From positions 14,283 through 78,282 of the forward strand of contig JBBRDV010000002.1 in the NCBI GenBank assembly GCA_038203565.1: DNA of 64,000 bases. The letters are read 5' to 3'. The position numbers were made by a program, and so were the translations under genes. Below the pieces are notes generated by a model. That model did no database searches. It was not told where the DNA came from and saw only the letters and a program-made list of their open reading frames with translations. Shown here in pieces: positions 10,550-24,080 of the stretch. The stretch's first letter is position 1. The number at the start of each line of letters is the position of its first letter. This stretch comes from Atribacterota bacterium. GTDB lineage: Bacteria > Atribacterota > Phoenicimicrobiia > Phoenicimicrobiales > Phoenicimicrobiaceae.

Positions 10550-11806
10550 TTAAATATCCTGTTCTTTAATAGAATCTAAAAACTCTTGATTATTCTTAGT
10601 CTTTTTTAATTTAGTAATCACTAATTTTACCGCACCCAGAGATGGTTGTGAAGCTAATGCTCTTCTTAACAACCACATTTTTTGTAAATTCTCTTTAGTT
10701 AGTAATAATTCTTCTTTTCGAGTGCCTGATTTCTTAATATCAATTGCCGGAAATATTCGATTTTCAGAAAGTTCTCTATCTAATCTTAATTCCATATTAC
10801 CAGTACCTTTAAATTCCTCAAATATTACATCATCCATTCTGCTTCCTGTTTCCACTAAAGCGGTGGCAAGTATAGTCAAGCTACCTCCCTCTTCAATATT
10901 CCTCGCTGCCCCAAAGAATCTTTTTGGCAAATAAAGAGCACTTGAATCTAAACCACCGGATAGAGTTTTGCCACTTGTTGGAATATTTTGATTGTAGGCA
11001 CGCGCTAATCTCGTAATACTGTCTAATAATATGACCACGTCTTTTTTTTGTTCTACTAGCCTTTTAGCTCTTTCTAAAACAATTTCCGCAACTTTTATAT
11101 GATTAGTGACAGGTTGATCAAAAGTAGAGCTTATTACTTCAGCTTTTACCGATCTTTGCATGCTGGTTACTTCTTCTGGTCTCTCGTCAACTAATAAAAC
11201 CATAAGATTTATCTCCGGATGATTAGCGGTAATTCCATTGGCAATTTTTTCTAATAAAATTGTCTTACCTGCTTTTGGAGGGGAAACTATAAGGCCTCGC
11301 TGACCTTTCCCGATTGGTGAAAATAAATCAATAATTCGTGTTGATATTTCACTTGATTTATCTTCTAATTTAATCATCTTTTCTGGGAAAAGCGGAGTAA
11401 GATTTTCAAAGTCTAATCTTTTTTTAGATAATTCTGGATCTTCATGATTAACGGCTTCAATTTTTAATAAAGCATAATATCTTTCTCCTTCTTTGGGTGG
11501 TCTAACCTGGCCTGATACAAGATCACCAATGCTAAGATTAAATCTTCTTATTTGAGAAGGAGAAATATAAATATCATTTTCGCCAGGCAAGTAACCCGCT
11601 GTTCTCAAAAAACCAAATCCATCAGACATAATCTCCAAAATCCCCTCAGAAAACATGTAACCCTTTTTCTCTGTTTCAGCTTGTAAAATTTTAAAGATTA
11701 GATCCATCTTTTTTATTCTGGAAAAATTATTAATATTATATTCACTCGCAATTTTGCATAAATCGTTAATCTTTTTTTCCTTTAATTCTGTTAAAAGCAA
11801 CTGCAA
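10550..11806 (-). CDS. rho: Transcription termination factor Rho
   Basis: N-terminal RNA-binding OB fold, Walker A (GKTIL), and the RecA-type ATPase core; 418 aa. Confidence 0.95.
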   Translation of the reverse strand: MQLLLTELKEKKINDLCKIASEYNINNFSRIKKMDLIFKILQAETEKKGYMFSEGILEIMSDGFGFLRTAGYLPGENDIYISPSQIRRFNLSIGDLVSGQVRPPKEGERYYALLKIEAVNHEDPELSKKRLDFENLTPLFPEKMIKLEDKSSEISTRIIDLFSPIGKGQRGLIVSPPKAGKTILLEKIANGITANHPEINLMVLLVDERPEEVTSMQRSVKAEVISSTFDQPVTNHIKVAEIVLERAKRLVEQKKDVVILLDSITRLARAYNQNIPTSGKTLSGGLDSSALYLPKRFFGAARNIEEGGSLTILATALVETGSRMDDVIFEEFKGTGNMELRLDRELSENRIFPAIDIKKSGTRKEELLLTKENLQKMWLLRRALASQPSLGAVKLVITKLKKTKNNQEFLDSIKEQDI

Positions 11807-12127
11807 GACCTCCCTTTGGATACTATTAGATTTTACTAATATTTTTATATTTTTTTAAGGCATAAATAATATTTAAATTAATAGCGTAGTTATTTCTAAA
11901 TGAATTTAGTAAAAAAACTGGCGTATAATGCTATTTTTAACCTGTGAGATTAAAAAATATATTTTCCACCGGTACTTTTTAATAAAAAAATAGCTTAAAG
12001 AAGTAATATTTTTTGAAAATTCATTAAAAAGAGGGCTATTGAAGAGTTATCCTTCTAAATTTTATGTCCAAAGATATTTTATCACTAATATTTTATTATT
12101 ACAAATTTTTTTTATTATTTTAAAATA
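11807..12127 (-). promoter_or_regulatory. Long rho leader/promoter region (321 nt)
   Basis: Long AT-rich untranslated region upstream of rho. Rho genes commonly have long autoregulatory leaders. No specific structure was assigned. Confidence 0.3.
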
Positions 12128-12895
12128 TCATCTCTGCCTCTCCAAACAGTTTCGAATTAATTCCAAATCACTGAGCTTATCTAAATCAATCATTATTTCA
12201 GGATATGATACCATAACTGCAACAGAATTATAACCAACTATGTCGGTTACTCTTTTTTCTGCTTCCTCCAGAGTTAGTGTTTTAAATAAAAATTTTAATA
12301 TAAATTTAAGGCCTAACATTTTAGCATTTTTCCAGTTATCTTTTCTATTATTAAATAATTCTTGAATTAATTCTTTATTTTGAAAAAATACTTCTGGTTT
12401 AAAAAATATAATATTCCCTCCACAGAATACCCCTTCTTTCATTTTGACATAAGTTCTCTCCGTTTCAGGGTACTTTTTTATAATGTTTTCTTTGGTAATT
12501 ATGGGATAACCGATACAAGCTTTTCTTTTAGTACATATTATTAAAAATTCATCAATTGCTTCAGGGGTAATCAGGGGAATATCAGAAGTTAAAAGCAATA
12601 AATTGTCAGTAGAATTAAAATAATTTAATCCAATTTCCATATTTTCAAGTATAGAATTACCGGGATTTAATATTTCCTCAACTTTTTTACCTATATAAGG
12701 ATGAAGTTCATTTTTTGGACCTACTACTAAAATTTTATCAATATTTTCTGAATTATTTAACGCATCAACAATATAGTCAATCATGGGTCTACTGTCTATC
12801 ATAATTAGAGCTTTGTTATCTACATTCTCAGTAATTTCTAAAGGACCTTTTTTCTTCGTTCCTGCTAATATTAAAGCATTAAACATTTTTTTCAC
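12128..12895 (-). CDS. MobA-like NTP-transferase family protein (nucleotidyltransferase, substrate unknown)
   Basis: ALILAGTKKKGPL...K.L N-terminal nucleotide-binding region, similar to the NTP_transf_3 / MobA / IPCT fold. It sits immediately downstream of pyrG. Confidence 0.45.
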   Translation of the reverse strand: MKKMFNALILAGTKKKGPLEITENVDNKALIMIDSRPMIDYIVDALNNSENIDKILVVGPKNELHPYIGKKVEEILNPGNSILENMEIGLNYFNSTDNLLLLTSDIPLITPEAIDEFLIICTKRKACIGYPIITKENIIKKYPETERTYVKMKEGVFCGGNIIFFKPEVFFQNKELIQELFNNRKDNWKNAKMLGLKFILKFLFKTLTLEEAEKRVTDIVGYNSVAVMVSYPEIMIDLDKLSDLELIRNCLERQR

Positions 12896-12954
12896 CTGTC
12901 TTTAAAAATAAATTATCTATTATTTTGATTTACTAATTAAGCAATCCACCAAAC

Positions 12955-15246
<2,292 letters not shown>

Positions 15247-15296
15247 GATTTTACTCCTTCCTCTATTTTTCTCCTGGTTTTTTCTTATGTGATTTT

Positions 15297-15326
15297 CGAT
15301 ATACGATATACGACATACGATATACT
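15297..15326. repeat. (CGATATA)-type heptad array: cgatatacgatatacgacatacgatatact
   Basis: Seen directly, between the stop of the 496-aa ORF and the MBL gene start. Confidence 0.85.
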
Positions 15327-16815
15327 AAAATATTTCCCCAATTATTTTATTTAATCTTTCTTTTGCTAATTCCGGTTTAAAGTTTAATATAATGCTTCCC
15401 ATTTCCGTTTTTTGTATTATATTAAATGGCTCCAAAGAAAATACTTTAGTAATTTCTTCTACTTCATATTCTTGTACTCTTTCAAAACCAATGTATGTGT
15501 CTGTTCTTTGATTAATAATTTTGGTTAGTGACTCTACATTAAGATAAATTTTTTTGCCACTATTCTCGTGTAATAAATTAATAATGATATTAACCAGTTT
15601 TATTTTGTTATAAAGTATTTTTCTTTTTTCAAATAATTGAAAAATGTTATTCTCAGTAGAATTATCTACTAAAAAAATTGATTCCAAATTACTTAAAGAA
15701 AAAGGTAATTTATCATGTTCTTCTATCAGATTGCATAACCACCTTAGTTCAAACAATGTAACTTTGTTCTTATCTGTTTTTCGGTTTAGTTTATCATAAT
15801 CGAAATCCGGAGAAATAATCACCGAATAATCTGATTTTGTTTCCTCTTTTACCTTGCTCAACTCGTTCCAATGTTCATACTTTTGTATTTTTTCGTTTTT
15901 TTTATCTGATAACTTTGCATCAACAATTAAATTATATGTTTTATAATCTAATAATGCTTTTGCTAAAATAAAAGATACCTGTCCTTCTAATACAATAGAA
16001 GTTTCAAAACCCAAGAATTCAAACACTTTTTGAAGTAATTTTTTAAGATTTTCGTTATCTTCGGAACTTATCATTCTTAATTGCAATTTTTTAATTTCGC
16101 TCAACCAATCAAAGAGACCCCACATTTCTTCTTTCTCTTCGATAAATCGGAAGTCTTTCCTCAAAATATTATCAATATATTTAGAAAATAAATTCTCTCC
16201 GTTCACTTCTACCTCTAATACCCTTTCGCAAATCTCTGTATAAGTTAGAGATCGGCCTGCTTCTTGCAATATTTTAAAAATTTTTTCACTTAAATCGTCC
16301 TGAGGTTCTATCTTAGTCTCATCTTCTGTTACCAAAAAATATCGTTTTTTATCATAGTCAATAAGGCCAACAAAAACAACATCATTTACCTTTAATTTTT
16401 TCTTTTCATACCATTCTTTTAATCCCACTATATATTTTGAAACATTATTCACTATTGCTTCTATTTTATTTCCTTCTTTATCTATAAAGGTAATTTCAAC
16501 GGCATTTTCTTCTTTCGGGAAAAATGGTCTCATATAACTAGTTAAAAACATGGTACCGTCTTTCAAACAATAACTGGTGAGAGAATACTTAATGTTTGCA
16601 TCTTTATATTGCCATTTCACTAAACCCCATACTCCTCTTTTTATCCTCATAAATCTTTTATCTCCACTCATAGAGGCATTTACAGCATAATAGGGTTCTT
16701 TGACCTTTAATGGTCTTATTTTTGTTAACTCTTGAGTAATTTCGCGATAATGTAATGGCTTTTTATGTTTGATTAATATTTCATAAGCACTGTCAGCAAC
16801 TGATTTATGTTTCAT
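15325..16815 (-). CDS. Hypothetical protein with two HARE-HTH (RNAP delta-N-like) domains and a possible PD-(D/E)xK-like motif
   Basis: Two segments, ...DKRFMRIKRGVWGLVKW and ...DFRFIEEKEEMWGLFDW, match the F..x.G.WGL..W signature of HARE-HTH. D-x8-VDAK at LLDYKTYNLIVDAK resembles a PD-(D/E)xK core. Otherwise no homolog was recognised. Confidence 0.4.
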   Translation of the reverse strand: MKHKSVADSAYEILIKHKKPLHYREITQELTKIRPLKVKEPYYAVNASMSGDKRFMRIKRGVWGLVKWQYKDANIKYSLTSYCLKDGTMFLTSYMRPFFPKEENAVEITFIDKEGNKIEAIVNNVSKYIVGLKEWYEKKKLKVNDVVFVGLIDYDKKRYFLVTEDETKIEPQDDLSEKIFKILQEAGRSLTYTEICERVLEVEVNGENLFSKYIDNILRKDFRFIEEKEEMWGLFDWLSEIKKLQLRMISSEDNENLKKLLQKVFEFLGFETSIVLEGQVSFILAKALLDYKTYNLIVDAKLSDKKNEKIQKYEHWNELSKVKEETKSDYSVIISPDFDYDKLNRKTDKNKVTLFELRWLCNLIEEHDKLPFSLSNLESIFLVDNSTENNIFQLFEKRKILYNKIKLVNIIINLLHENSGKKIYLNVESLTKIINQRTDTYIGFERVQEYEVEEITKVFSLEPFNIIQKTEMGSIILNFKPELAKERLNKIIGEIF

Positions 16816-16969
16816 AAATCTTTAACCTCCAACTAATCAATTCACCGATTAGCCGATTCTTCAATTATATTTATAGCAGATACTAATTTTGAAAAAAATA
16901 TTTTGGTACTTTCTGATATTTTTCTTTTTTTTATTATATACATTTTTTTTTATATTTTACAAGTAAATT

Positions 16970-17087
16970 AATCGTTAGTCGATAGTGAATAGTTAACAGT
17001 TGCTTGGTTAGCTAGTTTGATATAATTCACCAACTAACCAAATATTCTAGGCGTTAGAATACGATATACTATATACGATATACTATT
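16970..17087. repeat. Mosaic: 17-mer-like aatcgttagtcgatagtgaatag, hairpin ttggttag/ctaaccaa, heptads acgatatactatatacgatatact
   Basis: Seen directly. Confidence 0.7.
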
Positions 17088-17089
17088 CT

Positions 17090-17590
17090 TTACTTATATT
17101 TTTTCATTAACTCGACATAATCCAGGGCGTGGTTTTTTAAATTCTCAATTTCTTCTTCAGAAAGACTGCGCACTACCTTCGCTGGTACACCTAAAGCCAG
17201 GGTAAACGGAGGTATTTTAGTCTTTGGGGTTACTATTGCCCCAGCTCCCACTATGGCTCCTTCGCCTACTTCTGCACCATCAAGCACGATTGCCCCTATC
17301 CCTATCAAAGAATTATCTCCAATCTTGCACGCGTGAAGCATTACATTATGACCTATGGTAACATTGTTTCCTATTATAGTAGGAACTCCTACATCACAAT
17401 GAACAATACTGCCATCCTGAACGCTGGTATTATTTCCTATACTAATGGGAGCCAGGTCACCTCTTAATACTACATTATACCAAATGCTGGAGCATTTTCC
17501 GATTATAACTTCTCCAATTACAGTAGCATTTTTAGCAACAAAACTTTCTTCGCTAATCATTGGTCTCTTTTCTTCAAAATTTAATATCAT
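17090..17590 (-). CDS. Gamma-class carbonic anhydrase / hexapeptide-repeat family protein
   Basis: Left-handed beta-helix hexapeptide repeats, with three His residues in the HCDVG and GHNVMLHAC motifs. It overlaps the uvrC stop by 4 nt. Confidence 0.7.
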   Translation of the reverse strand: MILNFEEKRPMISEESFVAKNATVIGEVIIGKCSSIWYNVVLRGDLAPISIGNNTSVQDGSIVHCDVGVPTIIGNNVTIGHNVMLHACKIGDNSLIGIGAIVLDGAEVGEGAIVGAGAIVTPKTKIPPFTLALGVPAKVVRSLSEEEIENLKNHALDYVELMKKYK

Positions 17591-19086
17591 CTTCTTACTC
17601 CCATAACTGTTTTAATTTTTTCGGCAATTTTATCTCCTAATCCTGGTATTTTGCTTATTTCAATCTTGGAAGCATTCTTTAGCTCTTCTATGCTTTTAAA
17701 GTGTTCTAATAATACTCTTTTTCGTTTAGCGCCAATTCCTGGAATAAGATCTAACTTTGAATTGCGTAATTCTTTACTTCTAATCCTTCTGTGATAAGTC
17801 ACCGCGAATCTATGGGCCTCATCTCTTATTCTTTGCAGTAAAAAAAGTGCCTCAGAATTAGAAGGCAATATTATTGGTTTATGAACCTCCGGTTTAAATA
17901 TTTCCTCTTCTTTTTTAGCAATACTTATTATTGGCAATTTAAGATTCAGATCGTTTAATATTTTTTCTACCGCACTAAGTTGACCTCTCCCTCCATCAAC
18001 AAGGATTAAATCAGGTAATCTTTTATTTTCCAACAATAATCTTTTATATCTTCTTTCCGTTACTTCCTGTAACATGGCGTAATCATCAATTCCCTTAATT
18101 TTTTTTAATCTGAATCTTCGATAGTCTTCCTTTTTTGGTTGCCCTTCCTCAAAAACAACTAAAGAACCAACGGATAATTTTCCCTGAATATTTGAGATAT
18201 CGAATGCTTCAATTCTTTCTGGTAATTTTTCTAAGCTCAATTTATCTTTCAAATCAATAACTGCCTTCCGGCCTTTCTTAATTTCGTCTTCTTCTACTTC
18301 TTCTATTTTTTTCAACAAATAATCATTTTTATTACTTTTTCTAGATAAGTTTATCTCCTGACCTTTTAAAATTGCTTCAATTGATTTTATTCTATCTCTT
18401 ATTTTGGCAGCTTTTTCGTAATTTAGAATATGAGAAGCTTCTTTCATTTCTCGATAAAGACCATTAAATAATCTTTTTTGTTTCCCTGCCAAAAACAAGC
18501 AAATTTCCTTTATTCTTTTTCGGTACTCTGTTTTACTAATCATATTCGCACAAGGCGCTGAACATAAACCAATCTGGTAATCTAAGCAAATTTTCGTCTT
18601 CTTTAAATCCTTTTTTTTGCATCCTCTAATTTTAAAAACTTGCCTCAATAATTTTATAACAACCCGCGTGGCATTTGTATCCACAAAAGGACCAAAATAT
18701 AAAATTTTACCTTCTTTTATCTTTCGATTTATTTTTCTATAAAATAATATTTGAGGAAAGTCTCTCTCTAAAGTAATTTTAATATAGGGATAACTCTTAT
18801 CATCTTTCGATTGAGTATTATAGTAAGAATTACTGCTTTTAATCATTATACTTTCCAAGATAAGTGCTTCTATTTCAGAAGAAGTGGGTATATATTCAAC
18901 ATTTACGATCTCCTTTATCATCTTACTTATCTTTGGAGACTGTTGGGAAGAATTAATAAAATAAGAAGAAACTCTATTTTTCAAGGAATTAGCCTTCCCT
19001 ACATATATTACCTTTCCTTTTTTATCTTTAAAAAAATAAACTCCGCTTGTTTCAGGTAATTTACTTATCTTCGATTTAATATCCAT
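17587..19086 (-). CDS. uvrC: Excinuclease ABC subunit C (shorter than usual, 499 aa)
   Basis: N-terminal GIY-YIG (GVYFFKDKKGKVIYVGKA), the UvrC family region, and C-terminal HhH (IPGIGAKRK). Confidence 0.85.
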   Translation of the reverse strand: MDIKSKISKLPETSGVYFFKDKKGKVIYVGKANSLKNRVSSYFINSSQQSPKISKMIKEIVNVEYIPTSSEIEALILESIMIKSSNSYYNTQSKDDKSYPYIKITLERDFPQILFYRKINRKIKEGKILYFGPFVDTNATRVVIKLLRQVFKIRGCKKKDLKKTKICLDYQIGLCSAPCANMISKTEYRKRIKEICLFLAGKQKRLFNGLYREMKEASHILNYEKAAKIRDRIKSIEAILKGQEINLSRKSNKNDYLLKKIEEVEEDEIKKGRKAVIDLKDKLSLEKLPERIEAFDISNIQGKLSVGSLVVFEEGQPKKEDYRRFRLKKIKGIDDYAMLQEVTERRYKRLLLENKRLPDLILVDGGRGQLSAVEKILNDLNLKLPIISIAKKEEEIFKPEVHKPIILPSNSEALFLLQRIRDEAHRFAVTYHRRIRSKELRNSKLDLIPGIGAKRKRVLLEHFKSIEELKNASKIEISKIPGLGDKIAEKIKTVMGVRR

Positions 19087-19133
19087 AGTTAAACAATTCT
19101 CCGATTCACCGATTGACCTATTAATTAAGTTAG

Positions 19134-21956
19134 TTAATTTAATACTTTTTTTAAAAATTCTCCAGTAAATGAATTCTTATTGCACGCTATTTCTTCAGGA
19201 GTTCCCTTGGCCACAACTCTTCCTCCCTCTTCCCCGCCTTCCGGACCAAGATCAATAATATAGTCTGCTGATTTAATGACTTCTAAATTATGTTCAATTA
19301 CTATAACTGTATTCCCGACTTCTACTAGCCTATCTAAAACCTTGAGTAATTTTTTTACATCATCAAAATGTAAACCAGTGGTTGGCTCGTCTAATAAATA
19401 CATAGTCTTTCCTGTACTTTTAGTGCTCAATTCTTTAGCTAATTTGACCCTTTGTGCTTCTCCACCGGATAGGGTAGTGGCGGATTGACCTAATTTTATA
19501 TATCCTAATCCTACATCGCATAAAGTTTGTAATTTTCTTTTTATCATAGGGATTGCTGCAAAAAATTCCAAGGCCTCTTCAACGGTCATATCTAACACCT
19601 GAGCTATATTTTTACCCTTATATTTTATATCTAAAGTTTCACGATTGAACCTTTGACCTTTACAAATTTCACAGGGTATATATACATCAGGTAAAAAATA
19701 CATTTCAATCTTTACTATCCCTCCACCCTGACAAGCCTCACATCTTCCACCTTTTACATTAAAGCTAAATCTACCCGCTTTATAACCTCTAATTTTAGCT
19801 TCTTCGGTCCTGGAAAATATTTCTCTAATCGGAACAAAGGCTCCGGTATAAGTAGCAGGATTAGAGCGAGAAGTTCTACCTATGGGTGATTGATCGATAA
19901 TTATCACTTTATCAATATTTTCTATTCCTTCAATCTTATCATAATCACCAGGATGAACTCTGCTCTGATATATTTTTTTGATTAAAGCTTTATACAAGGT
20001 CTCCTCGATCAAAGTACTTTTCCCGGAACCAGATACTCCAGTAATACAAGTCAGTGTACCTAATGGAATAGATACATCAATATTTTTTAAATTGTACTGT
20101 CGAGCTCCGTAAATCTTTAAATATTTTCCATTACCCTTTCTTCTTCTGGAGGGGATATTAATTTTACTGAAGTGGCTCAGATATTTTCCAGTAATAGATT
20201 TCTTATTTTCTATTATATCCTTGCAGCTCCCCTTCGCTACTAAATATCCTCCATGTACCCCTGCTCCAGGACCAAGATCTACAATGTAATCTGCAATTCT
20301 CATCGTAGCTTCATCATGTTCAATTACTATCACTGTGTTCCCTAAATCTCTCAGCTTGATAAGAGTCTCCAAAAGTTTAGAGTTATCTTTTTGATGTAAA
20401 CCAATACTCGGTTCATCCAAGATATAAAGTACTCCGGTTAGGCTCGAGCCAATCTGGGTAGCCAAACGGATTCTCTGGTTTTCTCCTCCTGCTAATGTAG
20501 AAGATGAACGAGATAAGGATAGATAATTTAAACCTACATTACTTAAAAAACTTAATCTATTTTTTATCTCTTTTAAAATTTGTCCGGCAATAACCCTTCG
20601 TCTTTCATTTAATTTTAATTTTTCAAAAAAATTATAATTCCATTCGATAGATTTTTCAGTAATATCCGCTATAGAAAAACCGTCAATAGTAACACTTAAG
20701 CTTTCCGGACGAAGTCTTTTACCCTCACAAGAGGGACAGGGTCCAATATTCATAAACTTTTGTATCTCTGTGCGAATATATTCTGATTTAGTTTCTCGAT
20801 AACGTCTTTTCAAATTATTAATTACTCCCTCAAAAGAATTTTCATGAGTCCAATAGGTAGATCGTTCATCGTTCTGATATTGAAAGGGTATCTTTATTCC
20901 TCCCGAACCGTATAATAGAATCTCCTGAAATTCAGGTTTTAATTTAACGAAAGATGTATCAAGGTTGAAACCATAAAAATCAGCTAAACCTTTTAATATA
21001 TGATATAAATATTTTCCTTTAACCTCTCCCCAGGGAACTAAGGCACCCTGAAGTATAGATTTGTTCTTATCCGGTACAACTAATTCAGGATCAAATTCCA
21101 TTTTAAAACCTAAACCACCACAAGCAGGACAGGCTCCATAAGGATTATTAAATGAAAAGATTCGGGGAGCAATTTCTGGTAAATTAATTCCACAACTGGG
21201 ACAAGAAAAATGCTCGCTAAAGATCTTTTCTTTACCACCTTCTATATTAATTACTACTGTTCCTTCACTTAAACTTAAAGCAGTTTCGATAGAACCAGCC
21301 AAACGAGTCTTCATTTCAGGATTTACTATTAACCTGTCTACTACAACTTCGATATTATGATTTTTATACCGATCGATTTTTATATCCTCTTCTACTTCGA
21401 AAGTGTTTCCATCAACCCTTACTCTAACAAATCCTTTTTTTTGAATATCTTCTAATATTTGTTTGTGTTCACCTTTTTTGAAGCGAATTATTGGTGCTAA
21501 AACTTGTATTTTTGTTCCCGGGGATAAATTTAAAATTTGGTCAACCATCTGCTCGACCGTCTGCTTGCTAACCTGTCTACCGCACTGCGGGCAATGAGGT
21601 ATTCCAATCCGGGCAAAAAGTAACCGTAAATAATCATAAATTTCCGTTACGGTGCCTACGGTAGAACGAGGATTCTTACTTGCTTTTCTCTGATCAATTG
21701 AAATCGCTGGTGATAATCCTTCAATGTAATCCAGGTCAGGTTTTTTCATTCTTTCCATAAATTGACGAGCATAAGAAGACAAAGATTCAATATATCTTCT
21801 CTGACCTTCTGCATAAATCGTATCAAAAGCTAAAGAAGATTTACCAGAACCGCTCAATCCAGTAATTACAATTAATTTATTTCTAGGTATTTCCAAATTA
21901 ATATTCTTTAGATTATGTTCTCGTGCGCCTTTAATTATTATCTTAGTCTGAACCAC
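19134..21956 (-). CDS. uvrA: Excinuclease ABC subunit A
   Basis: Two ABC ATPase modules, zinc-finger CxxC motifs; 940 aa. Confidence 0.95.
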   Translation of the reverse strand: MVQTKIIIKGAREHNLKNINLEIPRNKLIVITGLSGSGKSSLAFDTIYAEGQRRYIESLSSYARQFMERMKKPDLDYIEGLSPAISIDQRKASKNPRSTVGTVTEIYDYLRLLFARIGIPHCPQCGRQVSKQTVEQMVDQILNLSPGTKIQVLAPIIRFKKGEHKQILEDIQKKGFVRVRVDGNTFEVEEDIKIDRYKNHNIEVVVDRLIVNPEMKTRLAGSIETALSLSEGTVVINIEGGKEKIFSEHFSCPSCGINLPEIAPRIFSFNNPYGACPACGGLGFKMEFDPELVVPDKNKSILQGALVPWGEVKGKYLYHILKGLADFYGFNLDTSFVKLKPEFQEILLYGSGGIKIPFQYQNDERSTYWTHENSFEGVINNLKRRYRETKSEYIRTEIQKFMNIGPCPSCEGKRLRPESLSVTIDGFSIADITEKSIEWNYNFFEKLKLNERRRVIAGQILKEIKNRLSFLSNVGLNYLSLSRSSSTLAGGENQRIRLATQIGSSLTGVLYILDEPSIGLHQKDNSKLLETLIKLRDLGNTVIVIEHDEATMRIADYIVDLGPGAGVHGGYLVAKGSCKDIIENKKSITGKYLSHFSKINIPSRRRKGNGKYLKIYGARQYNLKNIDVSIPLGTLTCITGVSGSGKSTLIEETLYKALIKKIYQSRVHPGDYDKIEGIENIDKVIIIDQSPIGRTSRSNPATYTGAFVPIREIFSRTEEAKIRGYKAGRFSFNVKGGRCEACQGGGIVKIEMYFLPDVYIPCEICKGQRFNRETLDIKYKGKNIAQVLDMTVEEALEFFAAIPMIKRKLQTLCDVGLGYIKLGQSATTLSGGEAQRVKLAKELSTKSTGKTMYLLDEPTTGLHFDDVKKLLKVLDRLVEVGNTVIVIEHNLEVIKSADYIIDLGPEGGEEGGRVVAKGTPEEIACNKNSFTGEFLKKVLN

Positions 21957-21973
21957 TTAATATCTCTCCTCTG

Positions 21974-21998
21974 AATCAGTATATACTATATACTGATT
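21974..21998. repeat. 25-bp palindrome aatcagtatatactatatactgatt
   Basis: Seen directly, between the uvrB stop and the uvrA start. Confidence 0.8.
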
Positions 21999-22005
21999 TA
22001 ATTCT

Positions 22006-24000
22006 TCATTTCCCGAATAAAGTTTCCTCTTTTTTTAATCTTTTTATTTCATCCCTCAGCAAGGCTGCTCTTTCAAAATCTAAATTTTTTGCTGCTTGCT
22101 TCATCTCTTTCTCCAAAGATTTTATCAATAACCATAAATTGCTCTTACTTAAGTATTTTTCATGCTCTTCGCTTACAGTAGAAAAATCTTCGGAACTATT
22201 CATGTTATTAATAACAGCAAATTCTTCTACCGTCTTAGTTATAGTTTTGGGAGTTATCTGGTATTTATGATTATATTCTGATTGTATTTCCCTTCTTCGA
22301 TTAGTTTCTTTCACTGCCCTTCTTATCGACCCAGTCATATTTTCACAATACAAAATAACTGTGCCGTTTATGTTTCTTGCTGCTCTCCCCATAGTCTGAA
22401 TTAAAGAGGTTTCTGACCTTAAAAAACCCTCTTTATCAGCATCCAAAATAGCTACTAAAGATACTTCCGGGAGGTCTAATCCTTCTCTTAAAAGATTAAC
22501 TCCTACTAATACATTAAATTTACCTAATCTTAAGTCCTTTAAAATGTTAATCCTTTCCAAAGTCTTAATCTCTGAGTGAAGATATTTTGCTTTTATATTA
22601 ATTTCTTCCAAATACTCAGCTACATCTTCAGCCATTCTTTTAGTTAAAGTAGTCACTAATACTCTCTCTTTTTTTTCTGTCCTTTTTTTTATTTCTGCTA
22701 TCAAGTTATCAATCTGATTTTTAACTGGTTTTAAAATTACCTCCGGGTCAACTAATCCTGTGGGTCTGATAATCTGTTCAACTGTTTGCTTACTTCCTTC
22801 TAATTCATATTTGGCTGGGGTTGCTGAAACGAAGATAACTTTATCCATATAATTTTCTATTTCTTTGAAATACAGTGGTCTATTATCATAGGCAGAAGGT
22901 AGACGAAAACCATATTCTACCAAACTATCCTTTCGAGACTTATCGCCCGCAAACATACCTCTTAATTGAGGAATAGTTACGTGGGATTCGTCAATAAACA
23001 TCATAAAATCAGAAGGAAAATAATCTAACAGAGTTGCCGGCGGTTCTCCTGATTTTCTTCCGCTAATATGACGAGAATAGTTCTCAATTCCACTGCAATA
23101 TCCCACTTCTTTTAACATTTCCAAATCATATTTTGTTCTTTGTTCTAATCTTTGAGCTTCCAAGAGCTTTCCCTCTTTTTTAAAATACTTTAATCTTTCT
23201 TTTAATTCTTCTTCAATATACAAAATTGCTTTTTCTAATTTATCTTTAGTGGTAACAAAGTGTTTTGCAGGATAAACTATCAATGTATCTTTTCTCTTTA
23301 TAGCTTTTCCGGTGAGAGGGTTTATCTCTAAAATTGCTTCTATTTTATCACCCCATAACTCTATACGAAAGGCATACTCTAAGTAGGAAGGAAATATTTC
23401 AATTACATCTCCTCTAACCCTAAAACATCCACGGTGAAAATCAATATCATTTCTCTCATAGTGTATATTTATAAGCCTCTCTAAAATACTATCTCTTTTG
23501 GAAATTTCGTTCTTACTAATTTTTAATACTAATTCTTGGTAATCTGTAGGAGAACCTAACCCGTATATACAAGATACACTGGCAACAATAATCACATCTC
23601 TTCTTTCCAAGAGAGAACTGGTAGCAGAGAGTCTTAAACGGTCAATTTCTTCGTTTATGGAGGAATCTTTTTCTATATAAGTATCTGTTCTCGGAATATA
23701 AGCTTCAGGTTGATAATAATCATAATAGCTTACAAAATATTCAACAGCATTATCAGGAAAAAATCTTCTAAATTCACTGCACAGTTGAGCAGCTAAGGTT
23801 TTATTATGTGAAATAACCAGAGTGGGTAATTGAACTTTTTGAATTACATTTGCCATAGTAAAAGTCTTCCCTGAACCGGTTACTCCCAGTAAAGTTTGAT
23901 ATTTGTAACCATTACGTATACCCTCTACTAATTTTTTTATAGCATGGGGCTGGTCTCCTTGAGGGGGAAAATCAGATACTAAATTAAATTCTTGAGTCAT
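22006..24000 (-). CDS. uvrB: Excinuclease ABC subunit B
   Basis: Helicase motifs (GVTGSGKT), beta-hairpin region, and a C-terminal UVR domain ([14 protein letters not shown]). Confidence 0.95.
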   Translation of the reverse strand: MTQEFNLVSDFPPQGDQPHAIKKLVEGIRNGYKYQTLLGVTGSGKTFTMANVIQKVQLPTLVISHNKTLAAQLCSEFRRFFPDNAVEYFVSYYDYYQPEAYIPRTDTYIEKDSSINEEIDRLRLSATSSLLERRDVIIVASVSCIYGLGSPTDYQELVLKISKNEISKRDSILERLINIHYERNDIDFHRGCFRVRGDVIEIFPSYLEYAFRIELWGDKIEAILEINPLTGKAIKRKDTLIVYPAKHFVTTKDKLEKAILYIEEELKERLKYFKKEGKLLEAQRLEQRTKYDLEMLKEVGYCSGIENYSRHISGRKSGEPPATLLDYFPSDFMMFIDESHVTIPQLRGMFAGDKSRKDSLVEYGFRLPSAYDNRPLYFKEIENYMDKVIFVSATPAKYELEGSKQTVEQIIRPTGLVDPEVILKPVKNQIDNLIAEIKKRTEKKERVLVTTLTKRMAEDVAEYLEEINIKAKYLHSEIKTLERINILKDLRLGKFNVLVGVNLLREGLDLPEVSLVAILDADKEGFLRSETSLIQTMGRAARNINGTVILYCENMTGSIRRAVKETNRRREIQSEYNHKYQITPKTITKTVEEFAVINNMNSSEDFSTVSEEHEKYLSKSNLWLLIKSLEKEMKQAAKNLDFERAALLRDEIKRLKKEETLFGK

Positions 24001-24080
24001 TTACAACACCTTTCTAAAACTACACTTATAATTTAATACTTATAATCTTCTTTTTACCATTAAATAATTATACACTTATT

